Of a stretch of DNA of 64,000 nucleotides, positions 9,464 to 19,223 are shown in pieces (the first letter of the stretch is position 1; each line of letters opens with the position of its first letter). The notes beneath the pieces were generated by a model. It was not told the origin of the DNA, searched no databases, and saw only the letters and a program-made list of their open reading frames with translations. The position numbers and the translations under genes were made by a program. This DNA comes from Candidatus Babeliales bacterium (GTDB lineage: Bacteria; Babelota; Babeliae; Babelales; JANWKD01): NCBI GenBank assembly GCA_963701665.1, contig OY969622.1, forward strand, positions 224,001 to 288,000. The letters run 5' to 3'.

Positions 9464-9994
9464 ATGAAATATTTTTTCTATCTTTTTGCTATTCCGTTTT
9501 TTTTGATACATGGTTTGGTAAGTGCGAGTGAGGTTGTTGCCTTCCGGCCTAATGACCTGATAAAGATAGTTGATAATGATGAGCGCCGTGATGCAGCAGT
9601 GTTTATTGCCTGTTTAGATGGATTTAAAAATGTAGCAGAAAAAACATTGGATATGTATAAAGAAGGTCATGAAAAGCTGTCTGATCGAGAAATATTATTT
9701 TTAAAATTTTGTATCGAAGCAAATGATATTGTTCGCTATAAAGTTAATGAACATAGTAATGCTGTCTACAAAAAAGCATGCTCATTTGATTTAAGCTCTC
9801 CCTCTACGATGCTAGGACTAGAGTTTTGGCCTAAATTATTGTGCAAGAAAAAAGTTGATCCACAATTATTTGATGAACAGCTTGCATATGTAGAAAAAAT
9901 GAAAGCTTTTATTGAAGAGTTAATTGCTAAAGGATTAATTTGCCACTACCCACGTACGGTAGGTGGGAAAATCGTATACAAAGCCGCGCTCTAA
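9464..9994 (+). CDS. Hypothetical secreted protein, paralog of 8903-9445
   Basis: AAGGAG RBS, signal peptide, shared motifs. Confidence 0.75.
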   Translation: MKYFFYLFAIPFFLIHGLVSASEVVAFRPNDLIKIVDNDERRDAAVFIACLDGFKNVAEKTLDMYKEGHEKLSDREILFLKFCIEANDIVRYKVNEHSNAVYKKACSFDLSSPSTMLGLEFWPKLLCKKKVDPQLFDEQLAYVEKMKAFIEELIAKGLICHYPRTVGGKIVYKAAL

Positions 9995-10038
9995 TTTTTC
10001 TATTTGACTATAAATTCAGAAATCTTTAATCTGAATAT

Positions 10039-10980
10039 ATGATTAAGGATTTTATTATGATGATTCAAAATACCCCTACTTTACCTATGAACACTGTTTT
10101 TTCAGGTGATGTGCCTCAGCGCATAGACCTGTTTTTGGCCGGCCACCATGGGCAATCCAGAACCTATTTCCAAGAGCTGATTGCGCTCAAGCATGTTTTT
10201 GTTAACGACAGCCCGGTTAAAAAGCCCAGCTTGCTCTTAAAGCAGGGAGACACCGTTGCGGTGCATTTTCCTACGCTAGAAGAGATCAAAGCTCTGAAAA
10301 CGCTCGATCCGGGGCTTAAGATAGAAGTCGTTTTTGAGCATGAAGACTTTTTAGTGATCAATAAACCCGCGCATCTTTCGGTGCACGCGCCTTCACAACA
10401 TACAAACGAGGGTTCATTAGTTGATTGGCTTTTATCGAGGTTTCAAGAGCTTGAGAACGTGGGCAGCCAGGAGCGGCCGGGCATTGTACATCGCCTTGAT
10501 AAAGATACTTCAGGACTTTTATTGGTTGCGCGTAACCGCATTGCTCATGAGCTGTTGAGCGATATGTTCAAGCAGCGTCAGGTTAAAAAGACCTATCACG
10601 CCGTTGTCAAAGGGCATCCTGAAGAAACGGGTGCGATCGATTTCCCTATTGCGCGTGATACCGTGCATCGCATCAAAATGACCCACAAATCCGTTGTTGG
10701 CCGTGACGCGCGTACCGAATATAAAGTTCTACGATATTTTAAAGAGGCGTCGCTGCTGGAATTACGTCCACTGACAGGGCGTACGCATCAGCTGCGCGTG
10801 CATTGTGCTGCACTCGGGTATCCTATTATTGGCGATCGTTTATATGGTTCCTCTTCTAAGCTTGTCGAGCGTCAGGCATTGCATGCTGTTGCATTAGAAT
10901 TTGTATACAAAGGACAACCATACTTTTTTTCTCGGGAAGCACCAGATGATTTTGCGCAGCTCATTGCCCATCTTGAATAA
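10039..10980 (+). CDS. rluD: RluA/RluD-family 23S rRNA pseudouridine synthase
   Basis: N-terminal S4 domain, NKP, GIVHRLDKDTSG, TGRTHQLRVH. Confidence 0.88.
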   Translation: MIKDFIMMIQNTPTLPMNTVFSGDVPQRIDLFLAGHHGQSRTYFQELIALKHVFVNDSPVKKPSLLLKQGDTVAVHFPTLEEIKALKTLDPGLKIEVVFEHEDFLVINKPAHLSVHAPSQHTNEGSLVDWLLSRFQELENVGSQERPGIVHRLDKDTSGLLLVARNRIAHELLSDMFKQRQVKKTYHAVVKGHPEETGAIDFPIARDTVHRIKMTHKSVVGRDARTEYKVLRYFKEASLLELRPLTGRTHQLRVHCAALGYPIIGDRLYGSSSKLVERQALHAVALEFVYKGQPYFFSREAPDDFAQLIAHLE

Positions 10981-11102
10981 GTAAAAGATTTCTTGATTTT
11001 TTTCAAAACTTGAATAGCATAAGTTCGAAGCTAAGAAGGAATTGTAGTAATGAAGCGGCCGTATTTTTTCTAAAAATAACATTCCTTCTTGAACTTTTTG
11101 GA

Positions 11103-11867
11103 CTATATACAATTCCCTAAAATTTGAATTACCGATTTTAACTCTCTCATGAAGCTTTGATATACGCGCTGCGTTAATCGTTCTTCTTGAATTTTTGGCA
11201 TTGCACTAATCTTAACTTTGAGCGTATCAAACTTTTTCTTGTATTGATCAGTGATTTTTTTGTTTTCAACAATCCAAACATTTTCTTCATTACGTGTTGT
11301 GCCACCGATGGTAGCATTAGCTGATCCAGTAAATACTATTGTTCTTCCTGAAAGTGTGTTATCAAAAACAAAAAATTTGTTATGCATGATCGAATAATAT
11401 TTGCCGCCATACACATGAATTGGGATTCTTAATTTGCGCAATGCTGTTATTTTTTCATAACGGCTGTACGTGCAACTTTTATCGACAATAATTTCTATAG
11501 CAACATTTCGATGGTGAGCTTGTATGAGCGCTTCAACGATATCTTTATCCGTTAATTGATACACGGCGATGCGAATTTTTGTTCGTGGTTTGCTCATATG
11601 GATAAGTCCTATGAGTAACACTTTCACATCTTCATCGGGTACAAAGAAAACCTGTTTTACCCTTTTGCCCGGCACGATCAACTTTTTTTGCGTGTAAGCA
11701 ATGCATTGATCTTGTTGATACCGGTTAGTTTTCTCCTTGCTTAACAGTGGTGGTGAAAAAATGAAAAAAGTAAGTACACTGATGATCGTTGTACGTGTTT
11801 TTTTTCTGATAAGACGCTTTTTTGGCGAGGCAGTGTGTTGAAAAACATAGTAGAATAGGCGCTTCAT
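11103..11867 (-). CDS. Phospholipase D-family protein (single HKD, Nuc/zucchini-like)
   Basis: MHNKFFVFD...TGSAN...NEEN; start placed at 11867 after AAGGAG; N-terminal hydrophobic segment. Confidence 0.85.
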   Translation of the reverse strand: MKRLFYYVFQHTASPKKRLIRKKTRTTIISVLTFFIFSPPLLSKEKTNRYQQDQCIAYTQKKLIVPGKRVKQVFFVPDEDVKVLLIGLIHMSKPRTKIRIAVYQLTDKDIVEALIQAHHRNVAIEIIVDKSCTYSRYEKITALRKLRIPIHVYGGKYYSIMHNKFFVFDNTLSGRTIVFTGSANATIGGTTRNEENVWIVENKKITDQYKKKFDTLKVKISAMPKIQEERLTQRVYQSFMRELKSVIQILGNCI

Positions 11868-11954
11868 TTGACACTCCTTTTTTTGAATGGTACAATGAGG
11901 ATGATTATTGAAAAAAATAATTTCAATTCGTGACAATTTGCAGAGGAGTTTTCT

Positions 11955-12713
11955 ATGCTTACTACGTCACCACGTTCTTTATGTATGGCGCTCGCCATAT
12001 TAATTGCTTCCCATGCGTCTCATCTTAATGCACAAACTACATTCTCTGTTGCTGTAACTAATGGCGATCCTGAGCCTACAAGAAATTTTGGAAAAAGAGA
12101 ATCAGATTCATCACGTTTTGTTAGCGCTTGCGCGGTTATTGCTGGTGTGACACTCGCTGGACTTGGCCTTTATGGCTTGGCTCAATATTTTGAAGAAACT
12201 GATGATCATTTTCTACGCACTGCTGAACAACGTTTTGAAACTATGAAGCGGCGCTATGCAGGATTTCATAGATTATCCAATCGCGAGCTTGAAGAACAGA
12301 TTAATGATGTTAATTGGCAGGTAAAATATTATCGCATATTGACGTTCAAGAATACTGTGGAACGCGAAAATGGTGATCTTGCTAATTTCATACAGAAAAT
12401 TGATGATCGCATACGATCGCTCAGAAGAAAACTGAACGATGCGCGCGGCCTTTCATCGTTTGAATATGCTGATCTTTGTTCTATAAAAAAATCTTTAGAA
12501 CGAGTGTATGATGAATGCGCGCGTCTCAATAGCGCACTCGCGACATTATTAAAACGCGTGATTAATCTTCCCGGATACAAGGAAGAAGAGCGTGAAAAAC
12601 TACGTGAAGAGCGAGAACGTCGCCATCAAAAAGAAATGCTCGACGCATTAAAAAAACCTACCTATGTGTACGTTGAAGATCAACGAAGTCCAAGCACATC
12701 CTATTATAGATAA
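11955..12713 (+). CDS. Hypothetical exported/membrane coiled-coil protein
   Basis: Signal peptide, second hydrophobic helix, coiled coil; GAGGAG RBS. Confidence 0.75.
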   Translation: MLTTSPRSLCMALAILIASHASHLNAQTTFSVAVTNGDPEPTRNFGKRESDSSRFVSACAVIAGVTLAGLGLYGLAQYFEETDDHFLRTAEQRFETMKRRYAGFHRLSNRELEEQINDVNWQVKYYRILTFKNTVERENGDLANFIQKIDDRIRSLRRKLNDARGLSSFEYADLCSIKKSLERVYDECARLNSALATLLKRVINLPGYKEEEREKLREERERRHQKEMLDALKKPTYVYVEDQRSPSTSYYR

Positions 12714-12720
12714 TAGTTTA

Positions 12721-14279
12721 TTAATCTTTTTTGGCTTTAGATAAGATTATAACGTTTTCTGACTTATCCTCTTCACAGTGATGAATGAGCACGTATTTAT
12801 CGTCAACATTAACGATTGATTTTATCGGATGATTCGAAATACTTACGTTGCCTGGATCATTAAATCCATCCCGCGCATTATATAGTTTTAGTTGGCCTTT
12901 GCTTGTTCCTGCTAGAAGGAGTTCATCATTAAAAGATGTAAGGGATGTCCATTGTTCATCTTTTTCTGATGGGAGTGTAAACAGTGTGAGTGTTCTTGCT
13001 GGTGTTTTATCGAGCTCAAAGCGAACTAGTTTTTTGCCAAGGAGCCCAATTAAATGATCCTGGAAGCATGCAAGGCCTTGAATAGCATCTTCAAGTTCTT
13101 CAATTCGTCTGAGACAGTTGCCTGTTGCTGTGTCCCATTTTTTTAAACTACGATCCCGTGCAGCAGAATAAGCACATTTTTTAAGGGCAAGCAGCGCTGT
13201 AATGGCACCATTGTGTTGTTCAGAAAACTCTTTTTTACTTGACGTTTCTCCAGATTTATCATGAGGCAAATCATGTTTTATTATGACTCCCTTAGGTGTT
13301 CCTTCTAAAATATAGGAAGGAATCTCTTCTTCATTATACGAAGTGAAAAAGGCACATAGAGGCGGTTTTGAATGGGATGAAATTATGCTTATTTTTAGAT
13401 TCTTTAGCGGTGTAATCATGAGCGATTCAGTTTTTAATGTACTGGTAAAGGGGCAAAAAAGAACTGGGCGATCAGGAAAGCCTAAAGTCTTTTGCCATGT
13501 TCCCAGCGCATTTCTTTTTGTTGTATAGCAATCTATTTCACCATTCTGTTTTGCGGCAAATAGATCATGACCTTTCATAGTAACGAGAGTTGATAGTGCT
13601 TGTAATGGAACTTCACTATAAGCTTTTAAATGGTAATCCTCATAAAGATCTTTTTTTTGAGCTTTTTCAGCTTTTTTTAGTCGCGGACTTTGAACTATGT
13701 TAAAATGAAATTCTTTGTTGGTAAATAAAGAACCATCTATTTTTTTAAACTTTTTTTCTTCATGTGAAGGTAGTGCAATCGAGGTTAGTTGGGGATTTTG
13801 TTTCGTTAAGTATAAGCATCGTTCACGATATACGCTTGCCATGGCACCTTCTTTGAAATATTGTTTATAATGATTGACTAATTTTTCATAGAGCATATTG
13901 GCAAGCTCAACCCTATCCAAAGTAATTGCCGTATGGATACAATCTTCGATGCAATCAAATTGTGTGGGCAGAGAACGTTCGTGAATGGCAGAATCTAATA
14001 GTTCTAGTATTGTAGATTCATCTGCTTGATTTTGCATGATAGAGATAACAAATTCGCTAAAACTTGGATCATGAAACATAGTTGAATCATGCAGCAGCTT
14101 TTTTCTTCTTCCCATGAAAATTCTTCTTTTTCTTTAGCCCCTTTTTTTCTTTGGCCAGGCGCTTCTTCTTTTTCATCCCATGCATAATAAACATTACCAT
14201 CCTCTCCTTCCTCCATGCCAAAAAGATTTATGGTGCCCAGTAGTATTACTGCAAGAGTAAGAAGAATATTTTTTTTCAT
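12721..14279 (-). CDS. Secreted WD40-repeat protein, split by a -1 frameshift in an A6 run near 14100
   Basis: Upstream frame has signal peptide ...LFG-MEE; downstream frame has HNGAITAL...SAARDRSLKKWD; one extra A joins WEEEK to KLLHDS. Confidence 0.75.
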
Positions 14280-14351
14280 ATAACTTCCTTTTTTGAACAA
14301 ATCTATTCATGAAATTCAAATTACTGAATTTTTCCGAGACGATGCAAGACA

Positions 14352-16169
14352 TCACTCGTTTTTTTGCTTTGGCAAAAGCATAAAAAGTGTGAGTTGTTTA
14401 TCTTTATAGGGCAGTTCTTGAAGGGCCATTATTGCGGTGTGATTTTTAGTGAGTTTTGTGATGGGTACATTTCCCCCTAGTGGAATCTCCCGAATATAAT
14501 TGCCACTTTCTGGATTCCAAACAAGTAGAGTTCCATCTTTATGCCCGGTCAATGCATATTGTTTATAACCAACAATGCTTAAGATGGGCATTAGTATTTC
14601 TCTGGTTCTTGTTTTTTTAAATTCCTGAACTATGTTTTTGTCTTTTTTCTCTTTACCTTTATTGTTAGATTTTTTTCCTTCTAGCGTGGATTCTTGCCAT
14701 ATTTCTAAATAACGCTGACGAGATAAAGAGACTAAAAAATTTGGTTGTACCTTCGCAAGTCCATCAAGAGAGCCTACATCGCTTTTGAGTGTTTGAAGAC
14801 ATTGTTCCTTAAGAAAATCCCAAATTTTAATCGATCCATCGCGAGAAGCTGAGGCAAGAAGATGCTGTTTGCCCATACCCGAAGGATTTTTCTTTGTTTC
14901 CCAGCATGGATTGTGTATGGTTCTGTGTAAAGTAACTAACGCTGTGACAGCATCAGTATGCCCAATCAACTTGCGTACTACTTGACCCTTATGATTGTCA
15001 ACAACAATTTTGCCGGATTTTTTGTCCCCTCTTTTTCCTCGGAAATAAAGTGTCATTGGTTGCTCTTCCCCTGCATCCGTCATAACTAAAAACCAACCAA
15101 CTAAGGCAGCCGTTGGAACATATCTAGGTTTTGTTGTAAGAACATGAATTGAAGGGTCCTTTTTCTTTTGAGCTGCCATATGATACCTAACTTTTGCATC
15201 AGTTGGTTTTTTAAGTATTTCAAATTCTTGCTTATTAACATCATGAAAAAAAATTCCTCGTCGAGTGGCAGCAATAAGCTGTGAACTATGTTTCGGTACC
15301 GTATAGCATACGATATCCTGTGGCAGCGTAAGGTGTAGCGGGTCATTTTCCCAAAATTCCTTGGTACGTTCATAATGAGCCTTAAGATCTCTAAGAGATT
15401 TACAAGAACTCTCAAGGAATCTTACCGAACGAGGGGTTTTAGTAGATCTGAGAGTAGCGCTGCTAAATTGTGAAAGGGTTCTATCAAGGGGAAGATAATC
15501 AGATTGCTTGTATTTACTCATAAGATCGCCCAGTTGTTGTTGAGTTTCAGGAGCAACATAAGGAACAATATAAGTATCGAAAATTGTGTTAAGCTCTTTA
15601 ATAAGTTTTTTTCCAATATCCTGCGCTTGAAAGTGTGTTTGATAAATTCTAATTATATTATTCCATAAATAACAAACAATTTTGGAAGAAGCATCAAGAT
15701 TGTTATAAAGAATAGTTATATATTGGTTGATTTGGTCTTGAGGACTTAAGCGAGATAATTGATCAATGAGTCTATTAAATTCATCGTAATATTCTCTAAT
15801 TTTTTTTTCTTGTGCGAGCTTCTCTAAACTTCTTATGAATTCATTAAAATCGGTAATTTCTTTTGTTGGATCCAATAATTCGGTATGCACATCTTCTTCG
15901 GTTAATAACAATGTGCTAACTTTTTTTTTATTTTTTTTACGACTTCTACTTTTTTTACGATTTTTGCGCTCGTCTTCTTCTTCACTTGTAGTAATAGGTT
16001 TTGCTGCTAATTTAAGTGCGTAGGTGATTTTTCTTTGCTCACCAGTGTCTTTATCGGTTTTTATGATTTCTATACTTTTAGTATTCATGCCAAAAAGAAT
16101 AGTGTTAAAAAGAAATGTTAGGATGCATAATCCGGTGAATATTTTTTTTTGTAAAAAAATGGGATTCAT
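14352..16169 (-). CDS. Secreted WD40-repeat protein
   Basis: Signal peptide ...LFG-MNT; GHTDAVTAL...ASASRDGSIKIWD and TGHKDGTLLVWN. Confidence 0.85.
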   Translation of the reverse strand: MNPIFLQKKIFTGLCILTFLFNTILFGMNTKSIEIIKTDKDTGEQRKITYALKLAAKPITTSEEEDERKNRKKSRSRKKNKKKVSTLLLTEEDVHTELLDPTKEITDFNEFIRSLEKLAQEKKIREYYDEFNRLIDQLSRLSPQDQINQYITILYNNLDASSKIVCYLWNNIIRIYQTHFQAQDIGKKLIKELNTIFDTYIVPYVAPETQQQLGDLMSKYKQSDYLPLDRTLSQFSSATLRSTKTPRSVRFLESSCKSLRDLKAHYERTKEFWENDPLHLTLPQDIVCYTVPKHSSQLIAATRRGIFFHDVNKQEFEILKKPTDAKVRYHMAAQKKKDPSIHVLTTKPRYVPTAALVGWFLVMTDAGEEQPMTLYFRGKRGDKKSGKIVVDNHKGQVVRKLIGHTDAVTALVTLHRTIHNPCWETKKNPSGMGKQHLLASASRDGSIKIWDFLKEQCLQTLKSDVGSLDGLAKVQPNFLVSLSRQRYLEIWQESTLEGKKSNNKGKEKKDKNIVQEFKKTRTREILMPILSIVGYKQYALTGHKDGTLLVWNPESGNYIREIPLGGNVPITKLTKNHTAIMALQELPYKDKQLTLFMLLPKQKNE

Positions 16170-16320
16170 GTCGTTGTCCCTATTTTTATGTTTATTTGAA
16201 TACCTTTTAACATTTTCTTAGATGGTAACTCAAGACTTGTGACAGGGACCTTTTGTAAATCTATTTTCAAATTGAGCCCAAGTGCGATACGCTAAAAATA
16301 AATAAAAAGGATAAAATGAT

Positions 16321-16596
16321 ATGAAAAACAGCACCTTTTATACGTTAGTTGCATCGATAAATCTATTTTTTATCTTTTTTTTAGTGTATAAAAATAGTGT
16401 TATGATACAGCTTTCATTTCAAAAACAGACAGCTGAAAAAGAAAAAAAGATGCTTTTAAGTGAAAAAGAACACGTAAGGGCATATCTCTGTGCGTTACAA
16501 AGTAGAACTACCATCCAAGAATATGCGCATAATAACCTTCATATGCAAAAAATCGAACGTAAACAAATGAAAATGTTACCAGTGCAATCAGTATGA
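16321..16596 (+). CDS. ftsL: Cell division protein FtsL-like
   Basis: Single TM plus coiled coil ending in IQEYA...L.M; overlaps the start of the PBP gene. Confidence 0.6.
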   Translation: MKNSTFYTLVASINLFFIFFLVYKNSVMIQLSFQKQTAEKEKKMLLSEKEHVRAYLCALQSRTTIQEYAHNNLHMQKIERKQMKMLPVQSV

Positions 16597-18269
16597 TAAA
16601 ATATTATAAAGTCCGCAGCGCAGCTGTTTTTTTAATCTTTTGTGCCGGGTATTGTGTGATCGTTGCCAACTTATATATTTTGCAAATATGCAAAAACGAT
16701 TTTTTTACACAACTTGGTAATCAACAATATCACATTACGACAAAAACAATGCCACAACGTGCTTCTATTTATGATCGTAATGGTCAATACTTGGCGATCA
16801 ATCAAGAAAGTTATGCGGCATTTTTGACGCCACATGATCTTAATTCTGTCGAAAAGGTTGAGCAGTTTCTCAAAAAACATTTTCCAAAGGCATTGCATCG
16901 TTTGCATGAACATGCTCAAAGCCATTTTTTATATGTCAAACGGCGTCTGACTCCCGAACAAAAAGAACTCATAGAAAAAGAAGCGCCAGCCGATATTAAA
17001 TTATTGAAAGAACCAAGCAGGTTTTATCCTTTTAGCGCAGCAGCACAACTTGTTGGCCTAACCGATAGCGATACAAAAGGATTATTTGGCGTTGAACTCA
17101 TCTGCAACAAAGAGTTAGCAGGCGAGCCGACAACCGTGTCATTACAAAAAGACGCGCGTTCAGGACATTTTTATTTTGCAAAAGAAACAAAAGTTGAAGG
17201 AAACGAGGGCGCTGATATTCATGTAACGCTCGACGCAGATATTCAACATTTAGTTATGGAAGAACTGAAAACGAGTGTCGAATCATTGCACGCGCAGGAA
17301 GGTGCTGCACTCGTTATGGATCCGACAAACGGGCAGATTATTGCCATGGCAAGTTATCCAGACTTTGATCCGAATAGTCGTCATCACCTGGATTTAGAAA
17401 CGACAAAAAATAAACTTTTAACCGAAAGTTATGAATTAGGCTCGGTGATGAAAATTGTGGTGACGTTAGCATTGCTCGAAGAACAATTAGTAAATCCCGA
17501 TGAAGAAGTTGATTGTGAAAATACGAGCCGCGGTACGGTGAACGGTGTTACCTTTTCAACATGGCGAGCGCATGGTATTTTACCGTTTTCCGAAATCATT
17601 CAACGCTCGAATAATATTGGTATTGCAAAAGTTGCTGCGCGCCTTGGGCCTTTATTATATGATCATTATATAAAAATGGGCTTTGGCTCAAAAACAGCGC
17701 TCAATTGGCCGGGTGAACAAGCAGGATTTGTTAATCCACCCGAGCGTTGGACACGACCTTCACTCGTTTCATTATCATTTGGGTATGAAAGCCGCGCAAC
17801 GTTGATGCAACTTGCACAACTTTTTACCATGATCGCAAATCACGGTGTTTTTGTAACGCCAACACTCTTTTTGCAAGAAGAAGCTCAAAAAGAACAACGG
17901 TATAGCAGCAGAGCCGTTGATCAAGTGCGTACAATTCTTGAAAAAACAGTGACGCATGGTACTGCGCATAAAGCAAAACTTGAAGGATATTCTGTAATGG
18001 GCAAAACAGGCACCGCAATCAAAGTTATTGATGGCCGGTACGATCCCGCGCATAATATTTATACTTTTGCAGGTATTATTGAAAAAGATAATTATAAACG
18101 AGTGATCGTAACCTTTATCAATGATGCGCATGTTGCGCGCAATGTCTATGCATCAACGATCGCTGTGCCATTATTCGAGCGCATTGCGCACGATGTTCTT
18201 TTGCATGATACTATAATTACCAAGGAAATCAGTGAAAATCCAAAAAACGACGACATTCATTCCAGCTGA
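16593..18269 (+). CDS. ftsI: Class B penicillin-binding protein (FtsI/PBP3)
   Basis: RA.IYDRNG, RFYP, SVMK (SxxK), SNN (SxN), KTG motifs. Confidence 0.88.
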   Translation: MIKYYKVRSAAVFLIFCAGYCVIVANLYILQICKNDFFTQLGNQQYHITTKTMPQRASIYDRNGQYLAINQESYAAFLTPHDLNSVEKVEQFLKKHFPKALHRLHEHAQSHFLYVKRRLTPEQKELIEKEAPADIKLLKEPSRFYPFSAAAQLVGLTDSDTKGLFGVELICNKELAGEPTTVSLQKDARSGHFYFAKETKVEGNEGADIHVTLDADIQHLVMEELKTSVESLHAQEGAALVMDPTNGQIIAMASYPDFDPNSRHHLDLETTKNKLLTESYELGSVMKIVVTLALLEEQLVNPDEEVDCENTSRGTVNGVTFSTWRAHGILPFSEIIQRSNNIGIAKVAARLGPLLYDHYIKMGFGSKTALNWPGEQAGFVNPPERWTRPSLVSLSFGYESRATLMQLAQLFTMIANHGVFVTPTLFLQEEAQKEQRYSSRAVDQVRTILEKTVTHGTAHKAKLEGYSVMGKTGTAIKVIDGRYDPAHNIYTFAGIIEKDNYKRVIVTFINDAHVARNVYASTIAVPLFERIAHDVLLHDTIITKEISENPKNDDIHSS

Positions 18270-19149
18270 CGTGCCGAGCGCCCAGCATGAGGAATTTATA
18301 AAAAATTATACGGCAATTACGCGATCAACCGGCAACCTCATGTTATTTGCCTGCGATCAAAAAATTGAGCATTTAAATCGAGATTTTTATGGTCCGAACA
18401 TTGATCCTGCTGATAATAATCCTGAACATCTTTTTCAAATTGCTTCACAAGGTGATATTGGCGCATTTGCTACCCATTTAGGCTTAATAGCGCAGTATGG
18501 TGCTTCGTATAAAAACGTGCACTATATTGTTAAAATGAATGGCAAAACTGATTTAGTAAAAACAATGCAACGCGATCCTCTTAGCCACCAACTATGGACA
18601 CTCAAACAAATCCTTTCATTTAAGCAAAATACCGGGTTATCAATTTGCGGTGTTGGGTATACCATATACCCGGGCAGTGAGTATGAACCAGCTATGTTGC
18701 GCGAAGCAGCAGAATTAATCTATGAAGCGCATCAACATGGTCTTATTACTATTTTGTGGGCATATCCACGTGGCAAAGCAGTGATACGCGAACACGCGCC
18801 TGATATCATTGCGGGTGCTGCTGGCCTTGCTGCATCGCTTGGTGCTGATTTTGTAAAATTAAATCAGCCCGAAGCAGCAGGAAAATTATCCGCAAATCAA
18901 GCACTCAAAATTGCCGTGCAAGCGGCGGGAAAAACCAAAGTAATTATTTCCGGCGGAGCTGCCCAAGACCCGCGCCAATTTTTGCAAGAATTATATGAAC
19001 AACTGCGCGAGGGCGGAACTGCTGGTAATGCAACCGGACGTAACATTCATCAGCGCTCGTTATCGCAAGCGCTCGCCATGACACGCGCTATTTCTTCCCT
19101 CGTTTTTTCAAATTCGAGTGTTGATGATGCATTGAAGAATTTTCAGTAA
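18232..19149 (+). CDS. Class I fructose-bisphosphate aldolase (DhnA/FbaB family)
   Basis: ACDQKIEH, GYTIYPGS, LWAYPRG, LGADFVK, GRNIHQ. Confidence 0.85.
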   Translation: MKIQKTTTFIPADVPSAQHEEFIKNYTAITRSTGNLMLFACDQKIEHLNRDFYGPNIDPADNNPEHLFQIASQGDIGAFATHLGLIAQYGASYKNVHYIVKMNGKTDLVKTMQRDPLSHQLWTLKQILSFKQNTGLSICGVGYTIYPGSEYEPAMLREAAELIYEAHQHGLITILWAYPRGKAVIREHAPDIIAGAAGLAASLGADFVKLNQPEAAGKLSANQALKIAVQAAGKTKVIISGGAAQDPRQFLQELYEQLREGGTAGNATGRNIHQRSLSQALAMTRAISSLVFSNSSVDDALKNFQ

Positions 19150-19223
19150 AAAAGGGACCTTGTTTTTCTTGACAACCTATCCTAAGCTAATCAACAGCAT
19201 GTGCTTAAAAAAGGAAAACAAGC

